DNA from: Oikopleura dioica
Lineage: Eukaryota; Animalia; Chordata
Assembly (NCBI GenBank): GCA_907165135.1
Contig: OU015566.1
Span: 3,782,001-3,846,000, forward strand
Direction of reading: 5' to 3'
DNA: 64,000 nt
A program made the translations under genes and the position numbers. The notes beneath the pieces were generated by a model, which did not search any database, was not told the origin of the DNA, and saw nothing but the letters and a program-made list of their open reading frames with translations. Below, one piece after another: positions 33,390 to 45,363 of the stretch (position 1 is the stretch's first letter; the number at the start of each line of letters is the position of its first letter).

Positions 33390-35997
33390 AGTTTTGCGGT
33401 GGCTCTCGATTTGTATTTTTCGTTTTTTTTGCATTTATTCTTCGGCTGGCTTTTCGTCAACGATGGCGAGGGGAACTTCTTCTAGAAAAAAGGGTTTAAT
33501 TGACGTGGAAATTAGATCTTCCATTCGGCCTCCGCCCAATTTTCAAGATAGGAGGTAATTTACGAAACGAAAGACGCTTATCTCAAGTGCGCGCGGCTAA
33601 GAATAACTTACCAGTTTGAAGAGCTTTCTTCTGCTTTCGCTGTCTGTGCTTTTTGACGGATACCTTCCACAGGACGTAGAAAAAGTCGCAGAGGACGATG
33701 GCGACGGAAACGAAATTCATGAGGAGCATGTAAACTAGGAACATCTTCTTTTCTTTTGGTCGAGAAACCCAGCATGGAATGTTGTCATCCTGAAGAAGGA
33801 AGGTTGATCACTCAATTATATCAAAGAATTACCTGGGAGCAGGCAAAGTTATCGTATCCATTCTGCCATTCTTTGTCACCAAATCGACAGGCATATTTGA
33901 AGGGGACATCGAAGACGTTCCAGAAACCGCTCTATAATGAAATGAATTAATGATTCTTGATTTTCATCTCTTACGACGCCGGAGGTGATGTGCTGCTGAA
34001 CTTGGAGAAGATAGAGGAGGTAGATGGAGATCATTTCAAGAACGAGCTTGGCAAAGAGATGAATGACGTACCACTGCTTCAAAGCTGGAGCCCAGATGAT
34101 GTCTTCGGTTCCGCCGACTCCTTCCATGTCGACTGCTCGGCGCTAGAATGAAATAATAGGGGAGGAGAAACGAGAAAGGTTTGCACCTTTTTGGTCTTGA
34201 ATTTTCGAAGTTTGTTGGAGTACAAAACGTATTTTGGATCGGTTTGGTAGCTTCGAGTGGAGGCCGAATCGGTGAAGGACTTTTCATAACCTTCGACTTG
34301 CGCTTGAAATTGAAAATGAAAAAAAGGGATACGAAACGAGTCTTTTTACCTTTGAGGAATTCATATGTAGCGTTGTAGTTAGCAGCGACCATCGAGAAGA
34401 TCATGGTAGGAAAAGAAAGAATGAGGATCTGCATCGCCCAGAATCGAACGTGGCTGATTGGTGCGAACATCGTGTAGCACATTTGCTTGCAACCGGGCTG
34501 AGTGGTGACGCACTCGAAGTCGCTCTGCTCATCGCCATATGCAGCATCGCCAATGGTGACGGCGGGGATGAGTCGGCAGAGGAAAGTTAAGGCGACCCTG
34601 AAAAGAAATTAAAGATCACTTTCGACAAGAGTTGAGAAAAAATTCCTCTCAAAAAGAGTTGAAAAAGAATTTAAAGAAAAAATCCTTAAATGATGTCTAC
34701 CCCCTTAAAATACCATGCAATGCCCATTGGAGTTGAATAATGCAATAATCTCTGTGAAGTAGCATGTAAAATTCCAAAAGCACCCGTGTCCATTTATTTT
34801 TTTTCTCTATTTCAATATCTATAAAAACGTATGTTTTGATAATTATAATTATATGCAGAGTTTGAAATTTTCGTGACTCGCGAGCGGCTCACTTGAGAGC
34901 GAGCGAGCACGAGCATGATGCTCTTTGTGCTCCCGAGCACATTTATTTCAGAGTTCGCGCTCTTTGCGCTCGCGAGCGCATTTCATTTCGCGCTCTCGCT
35001 CTCTTGGCTCTCGAGCACTGGTCAAAATTTGCTCTCGCTCGATTGGCTCCCAAGCTGAAAAATCTGACTCGCGAGCAGCTTTCAAGGGCCTAAAATGATT
35101 CGGCGGCCCCGTGACTAATTCCATATGAGTCTCTGTCACAGGAGTTAGCACCTCGCGGTGGGCATGTTTTATCTGTTTACTCTCGGCTTTTCGCATTATC
35201 TGCCGAGATTACGGACCTAATGAAGCTAACATAAAACCGAAAACACCAAAAATAGATCCGCAAAGAAATTTATTTATGAAAGTGAATAATTATGCAAAAA
35301 AATTACTCTTTTAATTTTGCTCGCGAGCCGCTCGTGAGTCAATTCCATGGCGAGCACGAGAGCAGCCGCTCCCGCTCGTCTAGCTCCCGAGCATTTCTGA
35401 CATATGCGCTCGTGCTCTCTGCGCTCGCGAGCGGGTCCAAATTTGGGCTCGTGCTCTTTTGGCTCTCGAGCCAACTCATTTTCATGCTCCCGCTCCCCTG
35501 CTCTCAGGGCAATGATAAATTTTTGCTCTCGCTCTTTTCGCTCGCGAGCATTTGCGAGCATTTCAAACTCTGATTATAAGTGGCCTGGCGTTTGAATTTT
35601 CATCAATAGCGGGCTCGACGGCGCTGAGGGACTTGACGAGCGTTAAGTAAACATTCTGTTCAGAGGAAATAAAAGAAACATATATTCATGGGGGGATTTG
35701 GTCTAAAATCTCATTCACATATGCCAAGTCCCCGAGCCAGGGTGATTTTTGGTTTCTATGACGAGATAACGAATAATTGAGTTTTTTTTTTTGAGGCTTT
35801 TTTCTAGTTTTTTCGATAAATTCAAGTTCTCAAAGAAGTTGACCAAAAATAAATTTTTGAGAACTTTTAAATTTTCTCCATTTTAAGCCCCCTCAACATG
35901 AAAATCACCAATCTGTCGCGCTAATATCTTACCAGACATGTCCAAAAGGAGTCGAGTATTTGAGCAATCTCTCCGAGATCACTTGCAAGCTGTCCAT
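33390..35997 (-). CDS. Connexin (gap junction protein), intron-containing; C-terminus approximate
   Basis: MDSLQVISERLLKYSTPFGHVW, YGDEQSDFECVTTQPGCKQMCY, PISHVRFWAMQI, CWVSRPKEKKMFLVYM. Confidence 0.92.
34856..35572. mobile_element. hAT-like MITE in connexin intron 1
   Basis: 13-bp TIR CAGAGTTTGAAAT; 8-bp flanks ATTATATG / ATTATAAG (7/8 match); dense GCTCGCGAGC subterminal repeats. Confidence 0.88.
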
Positions 35998-36573
35998 CCT
36001 ACTGTTCTTCTTCTATTTGTGGTCTCGTGTCTGTATTTGGAAATTTCGAAATTTCTGTCAACTTGGCAAGATGCAAGCTACCGGGCGGTGAATGTTGGCT
36101 CTTGGCCACGAATGCGACAGAATCATCGTGCCCAGCGGGCCGAACGCCGCGCAGAAAAAGGGATGCATAGTTTTTTGAGCTCCACTACGCACTTATAAAC
36201 ATGTACTGAGGGATTTTGCCTGCTTCAGTGGAGGCGCCGCGGTTTTAGAATGACACTCCTTTCGCAGACTTTTTTATAATTATTTTTCGAATTTCACTTT
36301 CCTGAATTTAGTTCTGTCGATTTTTAAGAACGATTTTTGTGAAAAAATGGTTTTCTAATTTTCTCTAGTTTGTTTTTTGTTGTGTACAAGCACTTATGAA
36401 GAATGTAGTGGAGCGTAGAAGGATATTTCTGAAAGCAAAGAGCTTGTTAAGTGTTATGAGAGCCTCGTCGATTGGCGAGAGCTTACTGCGCTTGATAAAT
36501 GATATCTCCAATTCCATCGCCTTCGATGACGAACAGAAAGGTTTGTTTCTAAGTTTTTATTATGAGTTCTTGA

Positions 36574-38668
36574 TCAAAAAAGTTTGACAAGCAGCAAAGA
36601 AAGGATAGAAAAGATTGAAAAAGAAGCAGCTGAGCTGGTCACTTCTTTTGCTGTTGTCGGTTTTTTCGTCGTTGTTGTCGTAGTTGGCGGCGCTGTTGTC
36701 GTAATTTCGCAGAGTCCAGCTTCAAGTTGATCAAAATTTATTTTTTGTTTTCCGTGCATTTTGCTTTGAAAGGTTTTTTAAGAAAAAAGGGGTTATTTTT
36801 CCGTATCAATTTTAAATTTACAATTGATTGACTTTTGTCTCTTTTGAAACCTTTCCTTTCGTATTCTCCGTTAAGAGCTTCGCATCTTTTATGAATCTCG
36901 GTCAAATCGTCGAGAGCTTTTTTCATTGCCTCATCCATGTTGTATTCTTTGATGAACCTGTTAAAATATTTAGAAAAAATGACAAACCTCCATAATCTTT
37001 TGCTACTCCGTAATTCAGATTGTAGTAATTTGAAAAGCTAGATGAAACATCATCACACATGGCAAATGTGTTGTAGTCGACGCTTGATGTAATTTGCGAA
37101 GAGTAATAAGCCTTGTCCTCGGTCATATCAAACTCTGTCTCGTTTTCTGCTTCTCGATCTAAACAATATTGTACATTAGAAATATCACCGCCTTACCATC
37201 AACAGGAGATGTATTGTTCATCGCCTCTTCATCCGACTTCGCATACCAATTTTCTGTAGAAGTACTCATTGTTGTCGTACTGATTGTTGTCGTACTGCCG
37301 TAGTCAACGGTTGAGTAGGAGCTGTAGTCACTGTAAGAGTAGGAACTGTAAGAGCTGTACGAAGAGTAATCTTTGAAAGGGATCCATTATTTTTAAATAA
37401 TTATTAGTCAAATTATGATAAATTTGATCAAATGAATAATCCCTTTGCAGAGGAGTACCAATCTGAGTCGTAATAAGACGAGTAAGATCCGTAATACGAA
37501 GAGTACGATCCATATGAAGAATAAGAGCCAGCATTTTCCCAATAATAGGAGGAGGAAGAACCATAATACGCAGAATACGAGCTATAATAGGAAGAATATG
37601 AGCCATATGACGAGTAGGAGCCATAATATGAAGAATATGAGCCATAATACGACGAATACGAAGAATAATCGTAACTATAAGAAGAGGAGTCGTAATAGCT
37701 GGAGTCGTAGTATGACGAGTAGGAGCTGTAATATGAAGAGTAGGAGCCGTAGTAAGACGAACATGAAGACCCGTAATAAGAAGAATAAGAATCATAATAG
37801 GAAGAATAATAAGATGAGTATGAACCATAATAGGATGAATACGAGCCATAATAAGACGAGTATGATCCATAATAGGAAGAATAATAAGACGAATAAGAAC
37901 CGTAGTATGACGAGTAAGAACCATAGTATGAGGAGTAGGAACCGTAGTATGACGAGTAAGAGCCATAATAGGAGGAATAATAACTTGAATATGACGAGGA
38001 CGACCCATAACTTGAATACGAGTCTAGCCAAGAATATGATTCATATGAGCTAAGCCCAGATGAGCTGTAATAGGAGGAGTCGTCCATACAGACAAAGGGA
38101 ATATATTCGCCGTCAATCCATGTTCCGATCGGAGATACTTTTTCGTCCGTCTCCGCAGTCCTTGATGAAGAGTCAGGACACTCGATGGAAGAAGTAGCGG
38201 ACGAATAGTTGGGGGAATAAAGGGAACAGGTATCGCTCGTATAACTTGAGTATCCATATGGATTGCTGAATGGATTCGCCAGCTTGCTACTTTTAGCTAT
38301 CGGTTTTGCTGTTTTCTGGAAGGAAGAGCCATAATAGCTGGAGAAGCCGCAATCTTTTCAAAGCTTTGAAAATCTTGAACCTTAAAAAATTTTCACTATC
38401 TTTTTTAGCTTTTTCCTGATGGACACTGAGACATTCCAGCCGACGGATAACTAGATCCTCCCGCTCCAAAGAGACCTAGAACGATTTTTATGAATGATTT
38501 CAAACTCTGATCAATCTTACCATTTCCATTGAGACTTTGGTCAACCTCATTGCAGAATTGCTCATTCAGTTCAATTTTCTCAACATCAACACATGCAATT
38601 TTCGGAAGTGGAGGGCCAGGAGGCGCTTGCGAAAATACAATCGCCAAAAAATGAAAGCGGAGAATCAT
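36574..38668 (-). CDS. Secreted, probably GPI-anchored Tyr/Ser-rich repeat protein
   Basis: Signal peptide MILRFHFLAIVFSQA; about 200 aa of SSYYGSY repeats (37428-38087); Thr-rich stalk; tail TSSAASFSIFSILSLLLVKLF*. Confidence 0.75.
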
Positions 38669-38958
38669 GCCGGTGAAATATCTCGTTTGAATACGAGAAC
38701 TATGGAAAGAGGGGGGGAAGAACTGGCCTTTTCTGAAGGTGAGCGCTGTCGGACGATGTCAGAATTTCCGGAATGGTACGGTTTCACAGAGAGGAAGACC
38801 TTTGAATGCCAAATATTCTCTATTTTACGATCTATGCAGCGATGTTTTTACCAAAGAATCAATTTTATAGCGTTAACTTTTGATGGATGAAAAGATGACA
38901 CAGTTTATTATACTAAATGATTTTTATTTTAGAATTTCAGACGAAAATAGGATTTGGT

Positions 38959-41900
38959 TTACAATTGAGATTTAATCAGATGATAGTATGCTCCTCGCTT
39001 GTCGATAAGATCTTGATGCTTGCCGGATTCAACGATGACACCGTTGTCAACAACAGCGATGACGTCAGCATTGATGACGGTGGAGAGTCGGTGAGCGATC
39101 AGGATTGCGGTTCGGCCTTGTCGAGCTTTGTCCAGTGCGTCTTGGACGATCTTAAAAGGCTTGATAAATTCATTGTTTTTACTGAAAATCTACCTTTTCG
39201 CTTTCAGTATCGAGCGCACTAGTAGCTTCATCGAGAAGCAGAATCTTTGGCTTTCGGATCAGAGCTCTAGCAATGGCGATTCGCTGCTTCTGACCGCCAC
39301 TGAGTTGCGATCCCTTTTTGCCGCATCGAGTTTCGAGCCGTTGAGGAAGATCCATGACGAAGTTGTAAGCGTTTGCCTCCCGAAGAGCGGTTTCAATGTC
39401 GGCATCGGAAATCGAGGAGACGCCAACTTTGTTCGGTTTACCGCTGTTTTCTCCATCGTCGAGGCCGTAAAGAATGTTTTCACGGATGGTTGTGTCTTTT
39501 CAGATTTCAAAAACGGCAAAAATTTTATCAGAAAAACGAACAAGAAAATTTTGAAAGAAAATTTGAAATCCTGGTGACAAAAGCACAGGTTCCTGCTGAA
39601 CCAAGCCAACATTAGCTCTGAGCCACTTCAAATTGATATTCTGAATATCCATTCCATCGACCTTGATGTTTCCAGCAGTAGCGTTGTAAAATCGTTCCAA
39701 GAGGCTAATACATGTCGATTTTCCACAGCCAGATTGGCCGACAAGAGCGAGAGTCTGTCCGGGCTCAACGTTTGTTTGGATGCCCTTGAGGACAGGGAAT
39801 TCGGCTCGGGTTGGATAAGAAAACTCGACGGCAGCGAACTCAACCTTGCCCCTGATTTCAGGTTTTTCGCCTTCTGTTGATTCAGGGTCGATGTTGAGAG
39901 CGGTTTCGAAAAGTTTCACGATTCGACGAGCAGCGAGATTTGCTTTGCCGGAGTTAGCGGCTACACCGGCGGATTGGGCTTTAGTTGGGATCGAAGTGTT
40001 TTTCTAGCGAAAAAAGCCCTTTTTGAAGTCATGAATTTTCCCTTTCCTGAGCTCATTCCAGCGAAAACAAGAGCGAAAAGGACTCTCATGACGTCGGAAC
40101 TAGCGCTAGAATCGATGTAGTCATTGTCAATCAACCAGGATGAGAACCAGAAAGTAGTCGCGTACATGAAATGCATGCATCCAAGAGTTGCACCGTACAG
40201 AAGTCCGTACTTGAAGATTGTCTTTCCTTTTCGAGCAGCCAAAGCGTCCATATTGTTCGAGTAAAGTTTGCAGAAGTGCTTTTCGCGGCCGAGACCGGCG
40301 ACAGTTCTGATGTTGTTGGTCGTTTCGGTAGCGACTTTGCTCGCTTCTTCGATGTTCTTCTGCTCTCCGTCGCCGTGGTTGTTCATCATCACCTGCATCA
40401 TCAACGCGTTTGTAATGATGATGACTGGCATAAACGCAAACACCGCAAGTGACAGCTGCCAAGAGTAGTAGAAGGCGATTCCAAGACCGCAGCCAAAAGC
40501 GCCGAGGTTCATGACGCCTTCGCCGATTTTTCGTCCAGTAGCGCCTTGAACCTTTCCAGCATCAGAGGCAAGTCGGGCAGTCAAGTTACCAGTCGAGTTC
40601 AATGGCTCGTCGAAATAGCTCATATCTAGAGAGGGGCTCAATTTTTTTTAATATTTTAAAATGAATCTAAATTTTATGATTTGAAATTTTTGAGCCCTTG
40701 ACGAGTCGGAGAAGCTTGGCGAAGGATTTCTTTCGAAGTCGGGTAGTCAAAAGCTCACCAGAAATTCCAAACATCAAGTGGAGAATTCCAAAGCCGAAGA
40801 AAAGTGCAACACCCATGATCACGAATTCGATAGCTTTCATATTGTTCAAATCAACGAGTTTTGCTTCGTCGCACCATTCGTGGTTTTCTTTAATTTCGGT
40901 GATGTTCAGAGGAATAGTCAATTCGTCGAAAAGCGTGACGTCAGCAGTTCCATTGGCGTAAGCAGTACTATCTAACTCTTTAATTTTCTCATTCCAAACG
41001 CAGTTAAACTGGGAGTAGTTGTCGAGGACACCGGCAAAGATAAGGGCCCAGAGTGGTTGCACAGCTCCGGTAAAAAGGGCAAAGATGGAGCCAATCGTGA
41101 TGTAAAACCATTCAGGGCTGTTCATGCCGAGAATTTGGCCGAAACCGACTTCTGGGAGGCCTTCTCGCTTGGCGATTTCTTCTTCTGATTCTTCCTCGCC
41201 ATCCTTTTTCTTCTCGGATTTTTCGGATTCTTCAACACTTGATTCTTTCGATTTCTTAGCTTCTACGACTTGATTGTTCGATTCAGCTCCTTTCAAAGAC
41301 GTCTCACTTTCGACCTTTTCCTGTTCCATTGAGAAAGATTGCATGTTGCAGAGTGTTTTGTAGACGCCATCTTCGATTTCTTGGAGAGAAGCGTGATTTC
41401 CTTCTTCCATTTTCTTTCCGTTTTTGAAGCCAATAATCTTGTCGGCGTTCTTGATCGTAGATAGTCGATGAGCGATGACGAGGGTAGTTCGGCCGACGGA
41501 GGCTTTTTCGAGGGCTTGCTGGACGATCTTTTCGGACTCAGTATCGAGGGCGGAGGTGGCTTCATCGAGGAGGAGAATTTTTGGGTTTCGGACGAGGGCT
41601 CTGAAAAAATGATAAAGAAAAATTCCCTGAAAACAAGGAAGACTCACCGAGCAATAGCGATTCGCTGCTTTTGACCACCAGAAAGGGTCGCTCCACCTTC
41701 TCCAACATTCGTTTCCCAAGTCGAAGGCAGCTTCTGGATAAAATCCAAGGCATTCGCTTGCTTGCACGCTTCAGTGATTTCTTCCTTCGTCACATCGAGT
41801 CTTCCAAGAGTGATGTTTTCTTCAACAGTTCCGTCGAACAAGACAGGTTCTTGGCTGACGACACCGATGTTTTCTCTGAACCAGGCGAGATTGAGACTCT

Positions 41901-43473
41901 TGAGCTCTTGCCCATCGATGAGAATTCGACCTTGAGCTGCGTCGTAAAATCGTTGGATGAGTTGGAAACAAGTCGATTTGCCGCAGCCGGAAGCACCGCA
42001 AAGAGCAGTTGTTTTACCAGCTTCAGCTTTGAAGCTCACGCCAGAGAGGACGCCTTGTTCTTTTCGGGATGGATAGGTGAAGTCAACATTCTGGAATTCG
42101 ATGGTTCCTTGGATTACTGGCTTGGCACCCTCCTCGGAGTAGATGTCGATTTCAGGAACTCGGTCGATGAGCTCAAACACAGAGTAAGCTGCAGTCGTCG
42201 CAGTTCCGAGGTATTCAGCATTCGTGGCAACCATGGAAATCGCAAAACCACCGATGAGAACGGAGAAGAAAACGATGATCTTGGTTCCAACATCGTAGCC
42301 CTCGTGAATGACCATTTCCGAACCATACCAGAAGGCGATACCGTAGACGGCAAACATCGAAAGATTAAAAAAGCCAACGGCGAAGCCAGACATGGCAGCT
42401 TTCTTGATGCCTTGAGATTGTGCTTGCGCCAATGGCTTCGAATATCGTCCATTTTCAAAGCTCTGCCCGTTGAAAGCAGTAACAGTCTTGATTGAAGCAA
42501 GAACTTCTTCAGCGACGCCACCAGCTTCGGTGTAATTGTCGAGCTCTTTTTTCGACTCGTTCGACTGCGCCACCATCCAAACAAATCCACCAAGAGCGAT
42601 CAACGGAATCGTAGCGATACAGACGAGGCCAAGCTCCCAGCCGAAATAAAGAGCGATAGCGAGACCGGCGACCGTTTGAAAGATCGACTGAATGACCATT
42701 CCTACTTTGTCGGCGATGCCTTCCTGGATCTTTTTGATGTCTTCGAACATTCGGGCATTGATTTCACCGACGTCGACGGTGTCAAAGTAGCTCATGTCCT
42801 GGCGAACAACGGAGGCAAAGTATTTTGCTCTATTTCGGGATATCAAAATACCTGACTGCCAAAACGCCTTGTTCCCTTGATATCCTTTCCTGATTCTGTT
42901 GATTTGATTCTCCGCAGAAAGCATCAAAAGCCAAGTGCCAATCCATCCAGTAATCCATTCTGTAGCGCCGAGTCCAACAAACCACCAGATGTTTTTCATC
43001 ATGGATGAAGTGGCTGAAATGCCATCATCGAAACCCTCGAACATGTCTTTTTCGGTGTCGGTGAGAGTTCCAAGCGTAAGTTTGCACATGTCAGTGACAT
43101 TCCAAAAAGCAGAAGGGTCTTTTTTCAAGGTTAAAAAAATCAATGATTACTCATGAAAATTTTCCTCTATTAAACCTTTCCTTCTTCAGAAGCATTGAGG
43201 AGATCAATATCTTCCTGTGGGCAGGCCTGACCGAGTTTTCCGACAGAGACGAATTCGCGCATCGCTCCGCCAAAGAAAACGATCATCAGCGGCTCGCAGA
43301 TTCCAACGACGATGTACATCAGCCATCCGATAGCGATCATAAGCTTGTCCGAGCATGTGGCAAAGCGGTACTGAAAGAACTAAAGGGGGGAAGAGGAGAT
43401 AGAGACTTACGAGCTTGAAATATGGAACAGAGTTTTTTGGCGCTTCATCTTTCTTTTCTTCTGTCGCGCCCAT
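38959..43473 (-). CDS. ABCB1: P-glycoprotein / ABCB1-type full ABC transporter
   Basis: Two TMDs and two NBDs (GASGCGKST / [22 protein letters not shown] twice, [11 protein letters not shown] twice, IAHRLST). Confidence 0.95.
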
Positions 43474-44161
43474 TCCTATCAAAAAATTCTAGCCCCCTTA
43501 TCATCAGTTAAAAATTCAGTTCATCGGCGGAACATCAGAAGCCTTCTGATTCAGAAGGTGTCATCAAAAAACGGTATTACCTGAAGAAAAAAAAACTTCA
43601 ATGAAATTCGTGCAAGAAAAAATATATAAAAAGTTTCACAAAAAGAAAGCAAATAAAATAAATAAAATCAAAAAAGCAAAATAAAACTAGCATATAAAAA
43701 TGATGAAAAAATACCTTTTCGACCTTTTCCAACTAGGCCACGAGCAGAACTGAAGATAAAAATTTAAACCGATACAATTCTTGAAAGGTGTTCTAGAAGA
43801 ATCGAATTTCTAAGAATTTTTTTTTTTTTGACCTTTCAGCGTTAAATTTCAACCATTTTTCTTTTTTTATTTGACGATCAAAAAGTGAGTAAATACCGCT
43901 GAAAAATTATGTCAAAATTTTCGCACCCCAGTAATGAGCAGTTTAGAAAACTTTAAAAACGTCAGCCGCGCAAAGAGGATTTACCGCCTGTTCAATTGAG
44001 AATGGAACACGTGAACACCACTCTTGCTTAGCTGCTGCTCATCTCTTAATTTCTCGTGCAATAGAGTTCAACTTAAAATTAGAACTTTTCAGATCACTTC
44101 TTAGAAAGTTGAACCAAAAGCTATTCATCAATTATCACAGCCTCAGTTTTTTCACTGTTTT

Positions 44162-44498
44162 TTAAGGGGGTATATATCAAGAATCGGATTTCCCTGCAGT
44201 TTTTGTCCATTTTTTACAAAGTAACTCCCTTATTTTTCGGCTCAAAACTCATTTCAGCCAGTAAAATATTTTTTCGGAGCAAAAAATTAAGATTTCTTGA
44301 GATTTAAAGATGCTTTTTGGGAAAAATTCGATATTTTCGATGAAAAATTCTGTTAAAAAATTTTTCGAAATTTCCGCTTGCATAAGAGATAGATAAGGGT
44401 CTAAACTTTTACTTTCCACAATAAAATAAGGGTGTGACAATGTTAAATTTGGGAAAAAACTCCAGCGAAATGGCTATTCTTTATGTCTACCCCCTTAA
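44162..44498. mobile_element. TTAA-flanked GG-terminal MITE (Kolobok- or Harbinger-like)
   Basis: TTAAGGGGGTA ... TACCCCCTTAA; the same right end appears alone at about 34695. Confidence 0.65.
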
Positions 44499-45363
44499 AA
44501 TGCAATGTTTATCAGAACCCCCCTTTGTCTCTTACCTCAAAAAAGGTCAGCCTAAAAAAGTACGTTGCTCAACATCAAAACAGAAATTTTGTCAGACGCA
44601 TTCCTAAGACAACTCAGGCGGGCACTATCTGATTGAGCCCTCTTTTGATACGGTTCTTATCACTTTTTCCTGCGGCTTTTATTTTGAGCGTGTTGGAAAG
44701 AAAATATTATTTCAATCTTGAATTTTTATTTTTTGCGATATTCTAGCCGGGCCATTTTGATAAAGTCGTTGAGGTCGATTCTGCCTGCGCCGGAGCCAGT
44801 GGGAGCCGCTTAATTTTAGGTTCTTGAGGGAGTATTTTTATGAGATACTTACATTCGAAAGCGAGAACGGGATCAGGATATTTCAAACGTTGGAGATTGG
44901 TAAAAGCGTTTCCAAAATTGCTAAATTGGATTTTAGATAAAAATAATTTTTTTCATCAATTTTTTTGGGGCTCTTTTCTTACCAAAAAACAAAACTTTCG
45001 AAGGAAAAAATCCAAAAAGCAAAGCTTAGTTTCATTTTTTTAATTCTCAGAACTGATTTAAGATCCGTCTTTTCGATATTCTGATTTTGATGCCATTATA
45101 TATTGGAGCATATTATATACTGAATGTTTTATTCAAAAAGATATCGGTTCACGCTAGATCTCTCAATGATCAAAATCGACGTTCTCTGAAATCATTTTTC
45201 GACGAACATCTTATTCTGTCTGAATTGACACGGTATCAGCAGAATCGAATTTATTAAGGGTGTCAACAACGAATTTTTTTTTTTGACGAATTTTTATGAA
45301 AAAGATGTTTTATTTATATACTTTTATATACAGTCTGTTTATGTACAGAAAAGAAAGGAAGAT

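Noticed and set aside
34893-35595. ARE/RER-rich ORFs
   Set aside because: Translations of hAT MITE subterminal repeats.
37445-38053. 202-aa Asn/Lys/Arg-rich + strand ORF and other frames over the Tyr/Ser repeat
   Set aside because: Antisense or off-frame products of the SSYYGSY repeat.
41671-42495. 274-aa + strand ORF
   Set aside because: Antisense to ABCB1 coding sequence; no independent signal.
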